32,041 bases of DNA from Acetofilamentum sp. (GCA_020720565.1 DYOK01000006.1:1-32041), one strand, 5' to 3'; shown: positions 1 through 11,852, numbered from the stretch's first letter. Numbers and translations: made by a program. Notes: generated by a model from the letters alone, not told the origin.

Positions 1-31
1 ATGCAAAAAGTGTAAAGTATAATTTTTTCAT
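1..31 (-). CDS. 5' end of a probable secreted protein running off the window edge (MKKLYFTLFA...)
   Basis: Minus-strand ATG at 31 reads ATG AAA AAA TTA TAC TTT ACA CTT TTT GCA, a typical signal-peptide start (MKK plus hydrophobic run) after an A-rich leader. Only 10 codons are visible. Confidence 0.55.
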   Translation of the reverse strand, partial: MKKLYFTLFA

Positions 32-273
32 ATGGTTATGGTTTTAAATGTTTCAAGCGCATTCAAGTAATAAATGCAATTTATCCTTTATTATTAATAA
101 AGTGTAAATATACTTGATTTGGCGATAAAAAACCAAATCATTTTCTTGGTCTGATATTTAGTTTATTTTCTACCATATTTTATATCATTTTCTGTTAATT
201 AACAGAACGTAAAGTTAATTAAGAGCTATTTATAGTAGTGGGTTAAGTAATTTCGGAATTAAATTGCAAGTTT

Positions 274-414
274 TCATATCGGACAGCGATATGTTTTTGT
301 TGCCGATTTCGGAGCATGTCACTGTCAAGCCACGATGAAGTTTGAAGCGAGCCACAGACGTTGATTTCAGCACTATCTCGGCAATAAAAAATACCGCATG
401 TTACCAGTAGGCAT
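274..414 (-). repeat. attC-like recombination site (long imperfect palindrome) directly after the stop codon of 415-1086
   Basis: On the minus strand, stop TAA is followed by ATGCCTACTGGTAAC (R''-like core ending in AAC). Arms GCGGTATTTTTTATTGCCGA (397-378) and TCGGCAACAAAAACATATCGC (306-286) pair with one extra base. The site ends in CCG|ATATGA where GTT is expected. Confidence 0.7.
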
Positions 415-1115
415 TTATTCATGTTTTAAGTTATATCTGAGTCCAAAATTTACTGTCAACCATTTTGTCAACCAAGGATAATCCCAACCACCCATTTCAT
501 GTGCAAATGTGCCATAAGTTATTAATCCGGCATTTATTCTTGAAAAAAGGCTTATTCTTTCAACCACAACTGATTTTATTTCAAATTCAATAAATATGTC
601 CAATCCTATTCGATTATTTTTATTATAGGTTGATTCTGATACAGTCTGTCGAATAAAGTTGTCTGGATATGGTCGGTAATGTGTCAATTCTGTTTTTCTG
701 TCATAAAAAAAGTAGTAGTAAGACAGTCCCGATCCAATTCCTAAAGATGAATTATCATTTTCTATCAAATTGTGGCAGAAATTGATATGCAAGCCAAGTC
801 TCTGATTCTTGGAATTTATTTTATAAAAATAATACTCTGGAAATTGAGGACCATTACTTTCTTTATCTACATTTATGTCGTTATACAATGCGTCCTTTAA
901 GCAATGTGTGAAATGAAAAGAAATTCGATTTTGATTGTGGTTTTTTAAACCATAGCCTAAGTCATAACCAAATGCATTCTTAAAATCATTTATTTCAGTT
1001 GTGGTAAAGAGTCCTGATAATTCAAATGATTGTCCTGTCAGGGAGCAATAACTTATGGCAAATAATATGGTCAATAAATTTTTCAAATCTGTCTGTCTTT
1101 TATGCTTACTGGTAA
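280..1115 (-). mobile_element. Solitary integron-type gene cassette (single ORF plus attC-like site, no integrase in window)
   Basis: GTTACCAGTAAGCAT (1116-1102) before the ORF and ATGCCTACTGGTAAC (414-400) after it are reverse complements at 14/15 positions, as expected for the R'/R'' halves of a circular cassette. Confidence 0.68.
415..1086 (-). CDS. Probable outer-membrane beta-barrel protein (~223 aa), cassette-encoded
   Basis: A TTG start at 1086 gives the signal peptide MKNLLTILFAISYCSLTGQ. The protein has alternating aromatic/Gly beta-strands and a C-terminal barrel-type strand NFGLRYNL. The ORF-track ATG at 1203 lies inside a terminator stem and outside the cassette. Confidence 0.65.
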   Translation of the reverse strand: MKNLLTILFAISYCSLTGQSFELSGLFTTTEINDFKNAFGYDLGYGLKNHNQNRISFHFTHCLKDALYNDINVDKESNGPQFPEYYFYKINSKNQRLGLHINFCHNLIENDNSSLGIGSGLSYYYFFYDRKTELTHYRPYPDNFIRQTVSESTYNKNNRIGLDIFIEFEIKSVVVERISLFSRINAGLITYGTFAHEMGGWDYPWLTKWLTVNFGLRYNLKHE

Positions 1116-1119
1116 CTAA

Positions 1120-1127
1120 CAAATATA
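1120..1127 (-). promoter_or_regulatory. Bacteroidota housekeeping -7 promoter element TATATTTG
   Basis: Exact TAnnTTTG match ending 3 nt before the cassette crossover G (1116). No good -33 TTTG is seen. Confidence 0.5.
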
Positions 1128-1189
1128 AGGATATAAATAAATTACCCACCGCTCTCATTTTTATGTTTAACAGCAGGTTTTGTAAAAAC

Positions 1190-1228
1190 ATAAAAGAAGC
1201 CATCTACAAAAGGGTAGATGGCTTCTTT
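1190..1228 (-). terminator. Intrinsic terminator of the rpoBC-DUF3467 operon
   Basis: 15-bp perfect inverted repeat AAAGAAGCCATCTAC (1193-1207) / GTAGATGGCTTCTTT (1214-1228) with a 6-nt loop and T-rich tails on both strands. Confidence 0.85.
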
Positions 1229-1244
1229 ATTTCACGGATTACGA

Positions 1245-1553
1245 CTATGCTTGTCCCTTTGGTGTTCCAAAGTTTAATGGCATCATTGGGGCGGAGTCTA
1301 CTTTAATGGTACCATGAGTCGATTCAAACTTACGAATATTGTCTTGCAGTGCCATCATTAAACGTTTTGCATGTTCGGGTGTCATAATAATTCTCGACTT
1401 TACCTTTGCTTTGGGAACGCCTGGCATTAATCGAACAAAGTCGATTACAAATTCGCTGTGCGAGTGTGTAATAACAGCCAAATTAGAATAAGTACCTTCG
1501 GCAACTTGCTCATCTAACTCAATGTTAATTTGTTGTTCTTTATTCTCGCTCAT
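1245..1553 (-). CDS. DUF3467 family protein
   Basis: Motifs GTYSNLAVITHSHSEFVIDF and KVKSRIIMTPEHAKRL; usual position right after rpoC in Bacteroidota. Confidence 0.9.
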   Translation of the reverse strand: MSENKEQQINIELDEQVAEGTYSNLAVITHSHSEFVIDFVRLMPGVPKAKVKSRIIMTPEHAKRLMMALQDNIRKFESTHGTIKVDSAPMMPLNFGTPKGQA

Positions 1554-1555
1554 AT

Positions 1556-4500
1556 TTATTCAGAATCGGTATAATTAGCACTTACTAAAATATTATCGTA
1601 GATACGAGCCCCAGTACCAGCGGGGATTTTGTGTCCAACAATAACGTTTTCTTTCAAACCTTCTAAACCATCGACTTTACCGCTAATAGCTGCTTCGTTA
1701 AGCACTTTGGTAGTCTCTTGGAACGATGCTGCAGAAATAAAGCTTTGTGTTTGAAGCGCTGCTCGAGTAATACCTTGTAAAATCTGATTCGATGTGGCAG
1801 GTACTGCATCGCGAGCATCAACTGGTTTTAAATCTTTACGTTTAAGTTGCGAATTTTCGTCGCGTAATTTACGTGCAGAAATTATTTGACCAGCTTTGAA
1901 ATTCTCAGAGTCACCAGCATCTACTACTACTTTCTTTCCATAAATTGAATCGTTCTCTTCGAAGAATTCCCATTTATCGACAATCTGATTTTCCAAGAAG
2001 ATGGTATCGCCTGGTTCAACAATGCTAACTTTACGCATCATTTGTCGAACAATGACTTCGAAGTGTTTATCGTTAATTTTAACACCTTGTAAGCGGTAAA
2101 CGTCTTGAACCTCGTTAACGATGTATTCTTGAACTTTTGTAGGTCCTTGAATCGCTAAGATATCGGCTGGCGTAATGGCTCCATCAGAAAGTGGTATTCC
2201 AGAACGAATGTAATCGTTTTCTTGAACCAAAATCTGTTTTGATAAGGATACCAAATACTTTTTAATTTCACCAGTTTTCGATGTAATTACAATTTCGCGG
2301 TTACCTCTTTTAATTTTACCAAAAGTAACTTCTCCATCAATTTCGGAAACAACTGCGGGGTTAGAAGGGTTACGTGCTTCGAATAATTCGGTTACACGAG
2401 GCAAACCTCCAGTGATATCGCCTGCTTTACCAATTGCTCTTGGGATTTTAACCAAAACCTGTCCTTGTTCAACTTCAGATTTTTCGTTCACCACAATGTG
2501 AGCACCCACTGGCAAGTTGTAAGTTTTCAAAGTATCTTTCGACTTACTTACAATCAATAACTCAGGGTTTTTAGTTTTATCTTTAGTTTCGATAATTACT
2601 TTCTCGGTAAATCCAGTTTGCTCGTCCGATTCTTCGCGGAAAGTAATCCCTTGAATCAAATTTTCAAAAACAATACGTCCAGAAGTTTCTGCAATAATAA
2701 CCGCGTTATAGGGATCCCAATCGCAAATGGTGGTACCTTTTTTAACTTCGGAATTATTTTCGACATACAATTTAGATCCGTAAGGCACAGAGTGAGTCGA
2801 ATAAACCACTTTAGTTTTCTTATCAATCAATCGTAATTCGCCCATTCGACCAATAACAACTTTCGAAACTTCGCCTTGTTCAGAGGTTGAATCGATGGTA
2901 CGTAGCTCGTCAATTTCGACAAATGCATCATAATTTGATACGATACTGGAGTTGGTTCCGATGTTACCGGCAGTACCCCCAACGTGGAATGTTCGAAGAG
3001 TCAACTGAGTACCTGGCTCACCAATTGATTGAGCGGCGATTACACCAACAGCCTCTCCTATCTGTACTTTTCGTGCTGTGGCTAAATTTCTACCATAGCA
3101 TTTTGCACAAGCACCTTTACGAGCTTCGCAAGTTAATACCGATCGAATCTCGACTTGGTCGATAGGTGATTGGTCTATTAATGCGGCAATATTTTCTGTA
3201 ATTTCTTGACCAGAATGTACCAATACGTCTCCTGTTAAAGGATGAATCACATCGTGTACACTGGTTCTACCAACGATACGCTCATTAAGGGTTTGAACCA
3301 CGTCTTGGTTCTTTTTAATGGCTGTTGCCACAATACCTCTTAACGTTCCGCAATCGTCTTCGTTAATAATCACATCTTGAGCCACATCGACCAAACGACG
3401 TGTTAAATATCCTGCATCGGCAGTTTTAAGTGCTGTATCGGCCAAACCTTTACGAGCACCGTGAGTTGAAATAAAGTACTCTAATACAGAAAGGCCTTCT
3501 TTAAAGTTCGAAAGAATTGGATTTTCGATAATCTGACCAGTGGTAGCACCCGACTTTTGTGGTTTCGCCATCAAACCCCTCATACCCGAAAGCTGACGAA
3601 TTTGTTCGCGTGAACCCCGTGCACCAGAATCCAACATCATGTAAACAGAATTAAATCCTTGATTGTCAGATTTCAACTGATTCATTAATGTGGTTGTTAA
3701 GCTGGCGTTAACGTGTGTCCAAATATCAATAATCTGATTATAACGTTCGTTGTTGGTAATGAAACCCATGTTATAGTTGTTCAATACCTCTTCGACTTGC
3801 TCGTATCCATCTTGAACCATCGCCTCTTTTTCTTCTGGAATAATAATATCCCCTAAGTTAAACGACAGACCGCCTTTAAAGGCCATGAAATAACCCATGT
3901 CTTTGATGTCGTCGAGGAATTTAGCCGCTTTGGCAGTTCCCGAAACTTGAAGAACAAGAGCAATGATATCGCGCAACGATTTTTTTGTTAATACGGTATT
4001 AATAAAACCTACCTCGTCGGGTACATGTTCATTAAATAGAACTCTACCAACTGTCGATTCGATAATGGTCGTACCTTTTTCCCCTTTTTCGTTGTAAGGA
4101 TAACGTACTTTAACGCGAGCATGCAAATCTACAGCTTTCTCGTTGTACGCAATAATAACCTCTTCGGGTGAATAAAAAATAAGACCTTCTCCTTTAGCAC
4201 CAGGACGTTCTTTGGTGATGTAATATAAACCTAAAACCATGTCTTGCGAAGGAACTGTAATAGGTGCTCCGTTGGCAGGGTTTAGAATGTTGTGCGACCC
4301 CAACATCAACATTTGAGCTTCCATAACAGCAGCGTTACCCAAAGGTAAGTGAACAGCCATTTGGTCACCGTCGAAGTCGGCGTTGAATGCAGTACAAGCT
4401 AAAGGATGGAGTTGAATGGCTTTACCCTCGATCAATTTAGGTTGGAAAGCCTGAATACCCAGACGGTGCAGTGTTGGAGCACGGTTTAGCAATACAGGAT

Positions 4501-5800
4501 GACCTTTTAAAACATTTTCGAGAATGTCCCAAACGACTGCATCTCTACGGTCGATAATTTTTTTAGCTGATTTAACGGTTTTTACAATACCACGTTCAAT
4601 CAACTTACGAATAATAAATGGTTTATATAATTCGGCAGCCATATCTTTTGGCATACCGCATTCGTGCATTTTTAAATCTGGACCAACGACGATAACCGAA
4701 CGAGCCGAATAATCGACACGTTTACCGAGCAAGTTTTGACGGAAACGACCTTGTTTACCTTTCAAACTATCGCTCAAAGATTTCAAGGGTCTGTTGGCAT
4801 CTGTTTTTACAGCGTTCGATTTACGTGAGTTATCGAACAAAGAATCAACTGCCTCTTGTAACATACGTTTTTCGTTACGTAAGATGACTTCTGGTGCTTT
4901 AATTTCGATAAGTCTTTTCAAACGGTTGTTTCTGATGATAACACGACGGTACAAATCGTTTAAGTCGGAAGTTGCAAAACGGCCACCATCGAGAGGCACC
5001 AAGGGGCGTAACTCAGGAGGAATAACAGGAACGATTTTAATTACCATCCATTCTGGTCTGTTTTTGCCTTTAGATGCACGGAAAGCCTCAATAACTTGTA
5101 GTCTTTTAAGTGCTTCATTTTTACGTTGTTGCGAAGTTTCTGTATTGGCTTGATGTCTTAAATCGTAGGATAATACATCGAGGTTAACACGAGACAGCAA
5201 CATATGTAAAGCATCGGCACCCATTTTGGCAATAAATTTCTCGGGATCTGCGTCATCTTTATAATGGTTATCGGCAGGGAGACGCTCTAAAATATCGAGA
5301 TATTCCTCTTCCGATAAAAATTCAAGATACTTAATGGGTTCTCCATCGGCAGTTACTGCTCTACCCGCTTGAATAACTACATACTTTTCGTAGTAGATAA
5401 TTGAATCGAGTTTTTTAGATGGTAAACCTAATAAGTAACCAATTTTATTTGGTAAAGAACGAAAATACCATATATGAGCTACAGGAACCACCAATTCGAT
5501 GTGTCCCATACGCTCACGTCGTACTTTCTTTTCGGTTACCTCAACCCCGCAGCGATCGCATACGATACCTTTGTAGCGAATACGTTTGTATTTACCACAA
5601 TGACACTCATAGTCCTTAACAGGTCCAAAAATCTTTTCGCAGAAAAGACCTTCGCGCTCAGGCTTATAGGTTCTATAGTTAATCGTTTCGGGTTTGAGCA
5701 CTTCGCCTTGCGAACGCTCTAAAATTTCTTCTGGAGAAGCCAAACCGATACGGATTTTTGAAAAACTTTGGTTTGTTTGTTTATCCTTTCTAAATGCCAT
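1556..5800 (-). CDS. rpoC: DNA-directed RNA polymerase beta' subunit
   Basis: Catalytic NADFDGD motif, N-terminal zinc finger (CHCGKYKR...CDRC), LLGKRVDYS; 1414 aa. Confidence 0.99.
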   Translation of the reverse strand: MAFRKDKQTNQSFSKIRIGLASPEEILERSQGEVLKPETINYRTYKPEREGLFCEKIFGPVKDYECHCGKYKRIRYKGIVCDRCGVEVTEKKVRRERMGHIELVVPVAHIWYFRSLPNKIGYLLGLPSKKLDSIIYYEKYVVIQAGRAVTADGEPIKYLEFLSEEEYLDILERLPADNHYKDDADPEKFIAKMGADALHMLLSRVNLDVLSYDLRHQANTETSQQRKNEALKRLQVIEAFRASKGKNRPEWMVIKIVPVIPPELRPLVPLDGGRFATSDLNDLYRRVIIRNNRLKRLIEIKAPEVILRNEKRMLQEAVDSLFDNSRKSNAVKTDANRPLKSLSDSLKGKQGRFRQNLLGKRVDYSARSVIVVGPDLKMHECGMPKDMAAELYKPFIIRKLIERGIVKTVKSAKKIIDRRDAVVWDILENVLKGHPVLLNRAPTLHRLGIQAFQPKLIEGKAIQLHPLACTAFNADFDGDQMAVHLPLGNAAVMEAQMLMLGSHNILNPANGAPITVPSQDMVLGLYYITKERPGAKGEGLIFYSPEEVIIAYNEKAVDLHARVKVRYPYNEKGEKGTTIIESTVGRVLFNEHVPDEVGFINTVLTKKSLRDIIALVLQVSGTAKAAKFLDDIKDMGYFMAFKGGLSFNLGDIIIPEEKEAMVQDGYEQVEEVLNNYNMGFITNNERYNQIIDIWTHVNASLTTTLMNQLKSDNQGFNSVYMMLDSGARGSREQIRQLSGMRGLMAKPQKSGATTGQIIENPILSNFKEGLSVLEYFISTHGARKGLADTALKTADAGYLTRRLVDVAQDVIINEDDCGTLRGIVATAIKKNQDVVQTLNERIVGRTSVHDVIHPLTGDVLVHSGQEITENIAALIDQSPIDQVEIRSVLTCEARKGACAKCYGRNLATARKVQIGEAVGVIAAQSIGEPGTQLTLRTFHVGGTAGNIGTNSSIVSNYDAFVEIDELRTIDSTSEQGEVSKVVIGRMGELRLIDKKTKVVYSTHSVPYGSKLYVENNSEVKKGTTICDWDPYNAVIIAETSGRIVFENLIQGITFREESDEQTGFTEKVIIETKDKTKNPELLIVSKSKDTLKTYNLPVGAHIVVNEKSEVEQGQVLVKIPRAIGKAGDITGGLPRVTELFEARNPSNPAVVSEIDGEVTFGKIKRGNREIVITSKTGEIKKYLVSLSKQILVQENDYIRSGIPLSDGAITPADILAIQGPTKVQEYIVNEVQDVYRLQGVKINDKHFEVIVRQMMRKVSIVEPGDTIFLENQIVDKWEFFEENDSIYGKKVVVDAGDSENFKAGQIISARKLRDENSQLKRKDLKPVDARDAVPATSNQILQGITRAALQTQSFISAASFQETTKVLNEAAISGKVDGLEGLKENVIVGHKIPAGTGARIYDNILVSANYTDSE

Positions 5801-5825
5801 GTGAAGGAAAAGTTTATGGATTAAG

Positions 5826-5849
5826 GGAGCAAGCCAAAGGGCTTGCTCC
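5826..5849. other. GC-rich hairpin in the rpoB-rpoC spacer
   Basis: GGAGCAAGCC-AAAG-GGCTTGCTCC, a perfect 10-bp stem with no long U tract on the transcribed strand. Confidence 0.6.
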
Positions 5850-5854
5850 TAAAA

Positions 5855-8800
5855 TTATTCTTCTAAATTGATACTTAGGCCTAAACCTCGTAATTCGTGC
5901 ATCAACACGTTGAACGACTCAGGGATACCAGGTGCTGGCATACTTTCGCCTTTAACGATTGCTTCGTAAGTTTTAGCACGTCCAATCACATCATCGGATT
6001 TGACGGTCAAAATCTCTTGTAGAATATTAGACGCTCCGAAAGCTTCGAGGGCCCATACCTCCATCTCTCCAAATCGCTGACCTCCAAAGTGTGCTTTACC
6101 ACCAAGCGGTTGCTGTGTAATAAGCGAATAGGGGCCAATAGAACGTGCGTGCATTTTGTCGTCAACCAAGTGACCTAACTTAAGCATGTAGATGACACCA
6201 ACAGTTGCTGGTTGGTCGAATCGCTCGCCAGTACCACCATCGTGTAGATAGGTTTTACCAAATTGAGGTACACCCGCTTTGTGGGTATAACTAGTAATCT
6301 CGTCTAAAGTTGCTCCATCAAAAATTGGTGTCGAAAACTTCATACCTAATTCCAATCCAGCCCATCCAAGTACAGTTTCGTAAATCTGTCCAAGGTTCAT
6401 ACGCGAAGGTACACCAAGTGGGTTAAGTACAATGTCAACAGGCGTTCCGTCTTCGAGGAAAGGCATATCTTCTTGGCGAACAATTCGCGATACAATACCT
6501 TTATTTCCGTGGCGACCTGCCATTTTATCACCTACTTTTAGTACACGTTTTTGTGCAATGTATACTTTAGCTAATTTAATAATTCCTGTGGGGAGCTCAT
6601 CACCTACTGTAAGATTGAACTTTTTACGTTTGGCTTCACCTTCAATTTCTTTGAATTTTAATAAGAAATTATTGATTAATCGAATAATCAAATCGTTTTT
6701 ATCTTTATCGGTAGTCCACTTAGTCGGGTCGATATTCATATAATCGATTTCTTGTAAGGCTTTAAGAGTAATTTTAGAACCTTTTGCAATAATTTCGATA
6801 CCTAAGAAATCGGTAATTCCTTGTGAAGTTTTTCCGTTTACAAGACCAAACAATTTTTCGATAAATACAGAACGTAAATCGGTAATTTTCGCAATTGCTT
6901 CGTCATCGATTCTATCCATCAATGGTTTCTCGAGTTTTTTCGACTTACGATCTTTATTGGCTCTAGAAAATAATTGTTTTCCAATGATAACACCTTGCAT
7001 CGATGGAGTGGCTTTAAGCGAAGCATCTTTCACGTCGCCAGCCTTGTCACCAAAAATTGCACGAAGTAATTTTTCTTCAGGTGTAGGGTCAGATTCGCCT
7101 TTTGGAGTAATCTTTCCTATTAGAATATCGCCTGGTCTAACTTCGGCACCAATACGAATGATACCATTTTCGTCGAGGTCTTTTGTGGCCTCTTCGTTAA
7201 CGTTTGGTATATCGGACGTTAATTCTTCAACCCCTAGCTTGGTATCACGTACTTCCAAGGTATGTTCCGAAATATGGATAGAAGTGAAAATATCATTTCT
7301 AACAATTTTTTCAGATATTACAATTGCATCCTCAAAGTTATAACCTTTCCATGGCATAAACGCCACTTTTAGGTTACGACCCAATGCCAACTCGCCATCT
7401 TGTGTGGCGTAACCTTCGGTTAATACGGTACCCTTGCTTAATTTTTGACCCCTTGTTACAATTGGAATCAAATTCATGCAAGTGTTTTGATTGGTTTTGC
7501 GATATTTTGGCAAATTATATATGGTAGCTTCGTCGACAAAGGAAACAAATTTTTCTTCTTCGGTTCTTTCGTAACGAACTACAATTTTATTAGCATCAAC
7601 GTACTCAACAACGCCATCGCCTTCAGCTACAATCTGAATACGAGAATCGTGAATCACATGACGTTCGATACCCGTTCCAACAATTGGAGATTCTGCTTTG
7701 AGCAACGGTACAGCTTGACGCATCATGTTTGATCCCATCAATGCACGGTTCGCATCATCATGTTCCAAAAAAGGAATTAAAGAGGCTGCAATTGAAGCGA
7801 TCTGATTAGGTGCAACGTCCATAAGTGCAACTTCTTCGGGAGTCGAAACTGGGAAATCTCCGTTGAAACGAGATTTGATACGATTATTTAAGAAGTTACC
7901 ATGATCGTCAATTGCGGCATTGGCTTGTGCAATAACTACACCTTCTTCGTTTTCGGCACTCAAATAAACCGTATTAGAATCCTCTAAATTGACCACTCCT
8001 GTTTCAACTTTACGGTAGGGAGTTTCGATAAAACCTAACACATTAATTTTAGCATAAACGCACAACGAAGAAATCAAACCAATATTGGGTCCTTCAGGAG
8101 TTTCGATGGGGCACAAACGTCCATAGTGTGTATAGTGAACGTCACGAACCTCGAAACCTGCACGCTCTCTCGATAAACCACCTGGTCCGAGTGCAGACAA
8201 ACGACGTTTATGAGTCATTTCTGCCAATGGATTGGTTTGATCCATAAACTGAGACAGCTGATTGGTACCAAAGAACGAATTAATAACTGAAGATAAGGTT
8301 CTTGAATTAATCAAATCGACTGGTGTAAACACCTCGTTATCACGTACATTCATGCGTTCGCGAATGGTACGAGCCATACGAGCTAAACCTACGCCAAACT
8401 GGTTGGCCAATTGCTCGCCAACTGTTCGTACACGGCGATTACTTAAGTGGTCGATATCATCTACCACCGTTTTGTCGTTGATTAATTGAATAAGATACTT
8501 AATAATTTCTATGATGTCAGCTTTGGTTAAAATACTCACATCCATTTCGACATTAAGACCTAATTTTTTATTTATACGATAACGACCTACGTCACCTAAA
8601 TCGTAACGTTTATCAGAGAAAAATAGTTTATCAAATACGTCACGAGCAGTAGCCTCATCTGGTGGTTCAGAATTACGCAACTGTCGATAAATATGCATTA
8701 CTGCTTCTTTTTCCGAGTTACAAGGGTCTTTTTGTAATGTATTATATATTATTGCAAAGTCAGATGTATTAACATCTTCTTTGTGTAATAAAATCGATTT

Positions 8801-9667
8801 TACACCTGCATCAACAATAAGATCGATATGATCTTTATCGAGAATGGTTTCGCGATCGATAATCAATTCGTTACGTTCGATAGATACCAATTCACCAGTA
8901 TCTTCGTCGACGAAGTCTTCGATCCAAGATTTTAAAACTCGAGCAGCAAGTCTACGACCCACTACTTTTTTAAGTCCAGTTTTGGACACTTTGAACTCGT
9001 CGGCCAAATTAAAAATTTCGAGGATATCTTTATCACTCTCGTAACCGATTGCACGAAGCAAGGTAGTTACAGGTAATTTTTTCTTACGATCGATATAAGC
9101 GTACATCACATTATTAATGTCAGTAGCAAATTCAATCCAAGAACCTCTAAAAGGGATAATACGTGCCGAGTAAAGTGTTGTACCATTGGCATGGACATTT
9201 TGGCCAAAAAATACACCAGGAGAACGGTGTAATTGGGACACAACAATACGTTCAGCACCGTTAATCACAAAGCTACCAGCAGGAGTCATATATGGCACAG
9301 TACCCAAGTAAACATCTTGGATAACAGTTTCGAAATCTTCGTGATCTTCGTCTGTACAATATAACTTTAGCTTAGCTTTGAGCGGCACACTGTACGTGAG
9401 TCCTCTGTCGATACATTCGTCAATTGAATAACGAGGCGGTTCGACTTGATAGTCCAAAAACTCTAATACAAAGTTATTTCGGGTATCGGAAATTGGAAAG
9501 TTCTCGGCAAAAACTTGATACAATCCCTCGTGTTTACGTTTTTCGGAAGTTGTATCTTGTTGGAAAAAATCTGCAAATGATTTTAATTGAACCTCGAGAA
9601 AATCGGGATAGTTCAATTTCTTTTTAATCGAAGCAAAATCGATTCTTTCGTGACTTGTTATTGGCAT
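5855..9667 (-). CDS. rpoB: DNA-directed RNA polymerase beta subunit
   Basis: [41 protein letters not shown] and GGQRFGEME motifs; 1270 aa. Confidence 0.99.
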   Translation of the reverse strand: MPITSHERIDFASIKKKLNYPDFLEVQLKSFADFFQQDTTSEKRKHEGLYQVFAENFPISDTRNNFVLEFLDYQVEPPRYSIDECIDRGLTYSVPLKAKLKLYCTDEDHEDFETVIQDVYLGTVPYMTPAGSFVINGAERIVVSQLHRSPGVFFGQNVHANGTTLYSARIIPFRGSWIEFATDINNVMYAYIDRKKKLPVTTLLRAIGYESDKDILEIFNLADEFKVSKTGLKKVVGRRLAARVLKSWIEDFVDEDTGELVSIERNELIIDRETILDKDHIDLIVDAGVKSILLHKEDVNTSDFAIIYNTLQKDPCNSEKEAVMHIYRQLRNSEPPDEATARDVFDKLFFSDKRYDLGDVGRYRINKKLGLNVEMDVSILTKADIIEIIKYLIQLINDKTVVDDIDHLSNRRVRTVGEQLANQFGVGLARMARTIRERMNVRDNEVFTPVDLINSRTLSSVINSFFGTNQLSQFMDQTNPLAEMTHKRRLSALGPGGLSRERAGFEVRDVHYTHYGRLCPIETPEGPNIGLISSLCVYAKINVLGFIETPYRKVETGVVNLEDSNTVYLSAENEEGVVIAQANAAIDDHGNFLNNRIKSRFNGDFPVSTPEEVALMDVAPNQIASIAASLIPFLEHDDANRALMGSNMMRQAVPLLKAESPIVGTGIERHVIHDSRIQIVAEGDGVVEYVDANKIVVRYERTEEEKFVSFVDEATIYNLPKYRKTNQNTCMNLIPIVTRGQKLSKGTVLTEGYATQDGELALGRNLKVAFMPWKGYNFEDAIVISEKIVRNDIFTSIHISEHTLEVRDTKLGVEELTSDIPNVNEEATKDLDENGIIRIGAEVRPGDILIGKITPKGESDPTPEEKLLRAIFGDKAGDVKDASLKATPSMQGVIIGKQLFSRANKDRKSKKLEKPLMDRIDDEAIAKITDLRSVFIEKLFGLVNGKTSQGITDFLGIEIIAKGSKITLKALQEIDYMNIDPTKWTTDKDKNDLIIRLINNFLLKFKEIEGEAKRKKFNLTVGDELPTGIIKLAKVYIAQKRVLKVGDKMAGRHGNKGIVSRIVRQEDMPFLEDGTPVDIVLNPLGVPSRMNLGQIYETVLGWAGLELGMKFSTPIFDGATLDEITSYTHKAGVPQFGKTYLHDGGTGERFDQPATVGVIYMLKLGHLVDDKMHARSIGPYSLITQQPLGGKAHFGGQRFGEMEVWALEAFGASNILQEILTVKSDDVIGRAKTYEAIVKGESMPAPGIPESFNVLMHELRGLGLSINLEE

Positions 9668-9703
9668 TTTAGAATATTTTAAAGAACTTAAAGAAATAAC
9701 GAC

Positions 9704-9736
9704 AAAAGGTTTAGAACCCTAAACAGGTTCTAAACC
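9704..9736 (-). terminator. Terminator/attenuator between rplL and rpoB
   Basis: 11-bp stem GGTTTAGAACC (9708-9718) / GGTTCTAAACC (9726-9736) followed by TTTT on the minus strand; same position as the known rplL-rpoB attenuator. Confidence 0.75.
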
Positions 9737-9759
9737 CCTAAATATTGTAAAAGATACAA

Positions 9760-10131
9760 TTATTTAAGTTCAACTTCTGCTCCTGCTTCTTCAAGTTTAG
9801 CTTTCAATGATTCAGCTTCTTCTTTAGAGCAACCTTCTTTAATGGCTTTAGGTGCAGCGTCAACTACTTCTTTAGCTTCTTTTAATCCAAGACCAGTTAA
9901 TTCTTTAACTAATTTTACTACTTGTAACTTTGCAGCACCACCGTTAACAAGAATTACATCGAATTCAGTTTTTTCGGCAACAGCGGCACCAGCAGCAGCA
10001 GCAGGAGCAGCTACTACAGCAGCAGCAGCAGGTTCAATACCGTACTCATCTTTAAGTACATTAGCTAACTCGTTTACTTCCTTAACAGTTAAATTAACCA
10101 ATTCTTCTGCAAGTTTTTTAATATCTGCCAT
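9760..10131 (-). CDS. rplL: 50S ribosomal protein L7/L12
   Basis: Ala-rich hinge, [23 protein letters not shown]. Confidence 0.99.
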   Translation of the reverse strand: MADIKKLAEELVNLTVKEVNELANVLKDEYGIEPAAAAVVAAPAAAAGAAVAEKTEFDVILVNGGAAKLQVVKLVKELTGLGLKEAKEVVDAAPKAIKEGCSKEEAESLKAKLEEAGAEVELK

Positions 10132-10161
10132 TTTATAAAAATTTATTTATTTCTACTTTAA

Positions 10162-10686
10162 TTATTTTTCAGCTCTTTCTTGTAATGTTTTAACTAGGCC
10201 ACCAATAGTATTGGGTGCTGATTGTAATGCTCCAAGTACATTTTTGATAGGAGACTGTAAGATATTGATAATATCCCCAATAACCTCTTCTTTCGACTTG
10301 ATGCTAACAAGTGTATCAATTTGGTTGTCACCAATATAAATACCATCTTGTACAAAAGCGCCTTTTAAAATAGGTTTATCACCAGTTTTACGTAGTTCTT
10401 TGATCATTTTAGCCGGCTGAGTGGCATTTTCAGAGAACATAATGGTGGTATTGCCTTTAAGAATCGTGTAAAGTTGTTCGAAATCGCCATTGGCTTGCTC
10501 TAAAGCTTTTTTGACTAAAGTGTTTTTAGCCATTACCAATTCAACATTATTTTCGTAACAACTACGACGTAGGGAGGTAGTACGTGCAGCATTTAAACTT
10601 TCGATATCTGTGATATAGAAATGTGCTGCATTATTGATCTGCTCGGTTAAGCTGTCGATAATGATTGTCTTTTCTGCTCTATTCAT
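10162..10686 (-). CDS. rplJ: 50S ribosomal protein L10
   Basis: KNTLVKKAL motif, size, and position between rplA and rplL. Confidence 0.97.
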   Translation of the reverse strand: MNRAEKTIIIDSLTEQINNAAHFYITDIESLNAARTTSLRRSCYENNVELVMAKNTLVKKALEQANGDFEQLYTILKGNTTIMFSENATQPAKMIKELRKTGDKPILKGAFVQDGIYIGDNQIDTLVSIKSKEEVIGDIINILQSPIKNVLGALQSAPNTIGGLVKTLQERAEK

Positions 10687-10697
10687 GTTGATTCAGA

Positions 10698-11393
10698 TTA
10701 AAGATTCATAGATTTAGGATCAACTTGAATGCCCGGGCTCATTGTAGACGATAAGTATATACTAAGTACATAAGTTCCTTTTGCTGCAACAGGTTTTAAT
10801 TTCTGTATAGTTTGTAAGAACTCGTGGACATTTTCTTCTATTTTTAAAGCCTCGAATGATACTTTACCAATATTTGAATGTACAATACCGTATTTGTCTA
10901 CTTTAAAATCGATTTTACCAGCTTTAACTTCTTGTACGGCTTTACCGACTTCCATTGTAACTGTACCAGTTTTGGGGTTAGGCATTAAACCACGTGGTCC
11001 TAAAACTCGACCTAGTTTACCTACTTTGGCCATAGCCGAAGGCATAGTAATTACTACGTCGAAGTCGGTCCAACCCTTTTCGATTTTTTCGATCATGTCA
11101 TCCATACCCACAAAGTCTGCACCAGCTGCGGTAGCCTCTGCTGCTTTATCGGGAGTACAAAGAACAAGTACTTTAGTATCTTTACCTGTACCGTGTGGTA
11201 AAGTAACGATACCTCTAACCATTTGATTAGCTTTACGTGGATCGACACCTAAACGAACTGCTACATCAACCGAGGCATCAAATTTTGCATAGTTAACTTC
11301 TTTAACTAATTTTGATGCTTCTTGTAATGTGTATTGTTTGTTCGGCTCAATCTTAGCGTTTGCTAATTTTTGCTTTTTTGTTAATTTTGCCAT
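10698..11393 (-). CDS. rplA: 50S ribosomal protein L1
   Basis: [33 protein letters not shown]. Confidence 0.99.
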   Translation of the reverse strand: MAKLTKKQKLANAKIEPNKQYTLQEASKLVKEVNYAKFDASVDVAVRLGVDPRKANQMVRGIVTLPHGTGKDTKVLVLCTPDKAAEATAAGADFVGMDDMIEKIEKGWTDFDVVITMPSAMAKVGKLGRVLGPRGLMPNPKTGTVTMEVGKAVQEVKAGKIDFKVDKYGIVHSNIGKVSFEALKIEENVHEFLQTIQKLKPVAAKGTYVLSIYLSSTMSPGIQVDPKSMNL

Positions 11394-11405
11394 TGCCTTT
11401 ACCTT

Positions 11406-11852
11406 TTAGTTAATTTCTGCAGGTACATTGCCTTCGACACGTAAACCCATACTTCGCGCTGTTCCGGCAACCATTTTCATGGCTGAACCGATAGTAAAAG
11501 CGTTTAAATCGGGCATCTTATTTTCGGCAATTGCTCTCACTTGTTCCCAAGTTACGTTACCTACTTTTTTACGATTCGACTCAGGTGATCCTGATTTAAT
11601 CTTGGCGGCTTCTAGCAATTGAACAGCTGCAGGTGGTGTTTTTACCACGAAATCGAAAGACTTATCACTGTAATATGTGATTAACACTGGTAATACTTTA
11701 CCGGGTTGGTCTTGAGTTCTGGCATTAAACTGCTTGCAAAATTCCATAATATTCACACCTTTAGAACCCAATGCTGGTCCTACTGGAGGAGATGGATTTG
11801 CGGCGGCACCTTTAATCTGTAGTTTGATAAAACCTAGTACTTCTTTCGCCAT
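11406..11852 (-). CDS. rplK: 50S ribosomal protein L11
   Basis: [19 protein letters not shown]. Confidence 0.99.
   Translation of the reverse strand: MAKEVLGFIKLQIKGAAANPSPPVGPALGSKGVNIMEFCKQFNARTQDQPGKVLPVLITYYSDKSFDFVVKTPPAAVQLLEAAKIKSGSPESNRKKVGNVTWEQVRAIAENKMPDLNAFTIGSAMKMVAGTARSMGLRVEGNVPAEIN

Noticed and set aside
1087-1203. N-terminal extension of ORF 415..1203, and plus-strand ORF 1055..1306
   Set aside because: The ATG lies in the terminator stem and the extension crosses the promoter and cassette junction. TTG 1086 gives a proper signal peptide. The plus-strand ORF spans non-coding signals.
8170-8290. Rifampicin-resistance substitutions in RpoB cluster I
   Set aside because: The key Asp, His and Ser positions (MDQ, THK, LSAL) are wild type.
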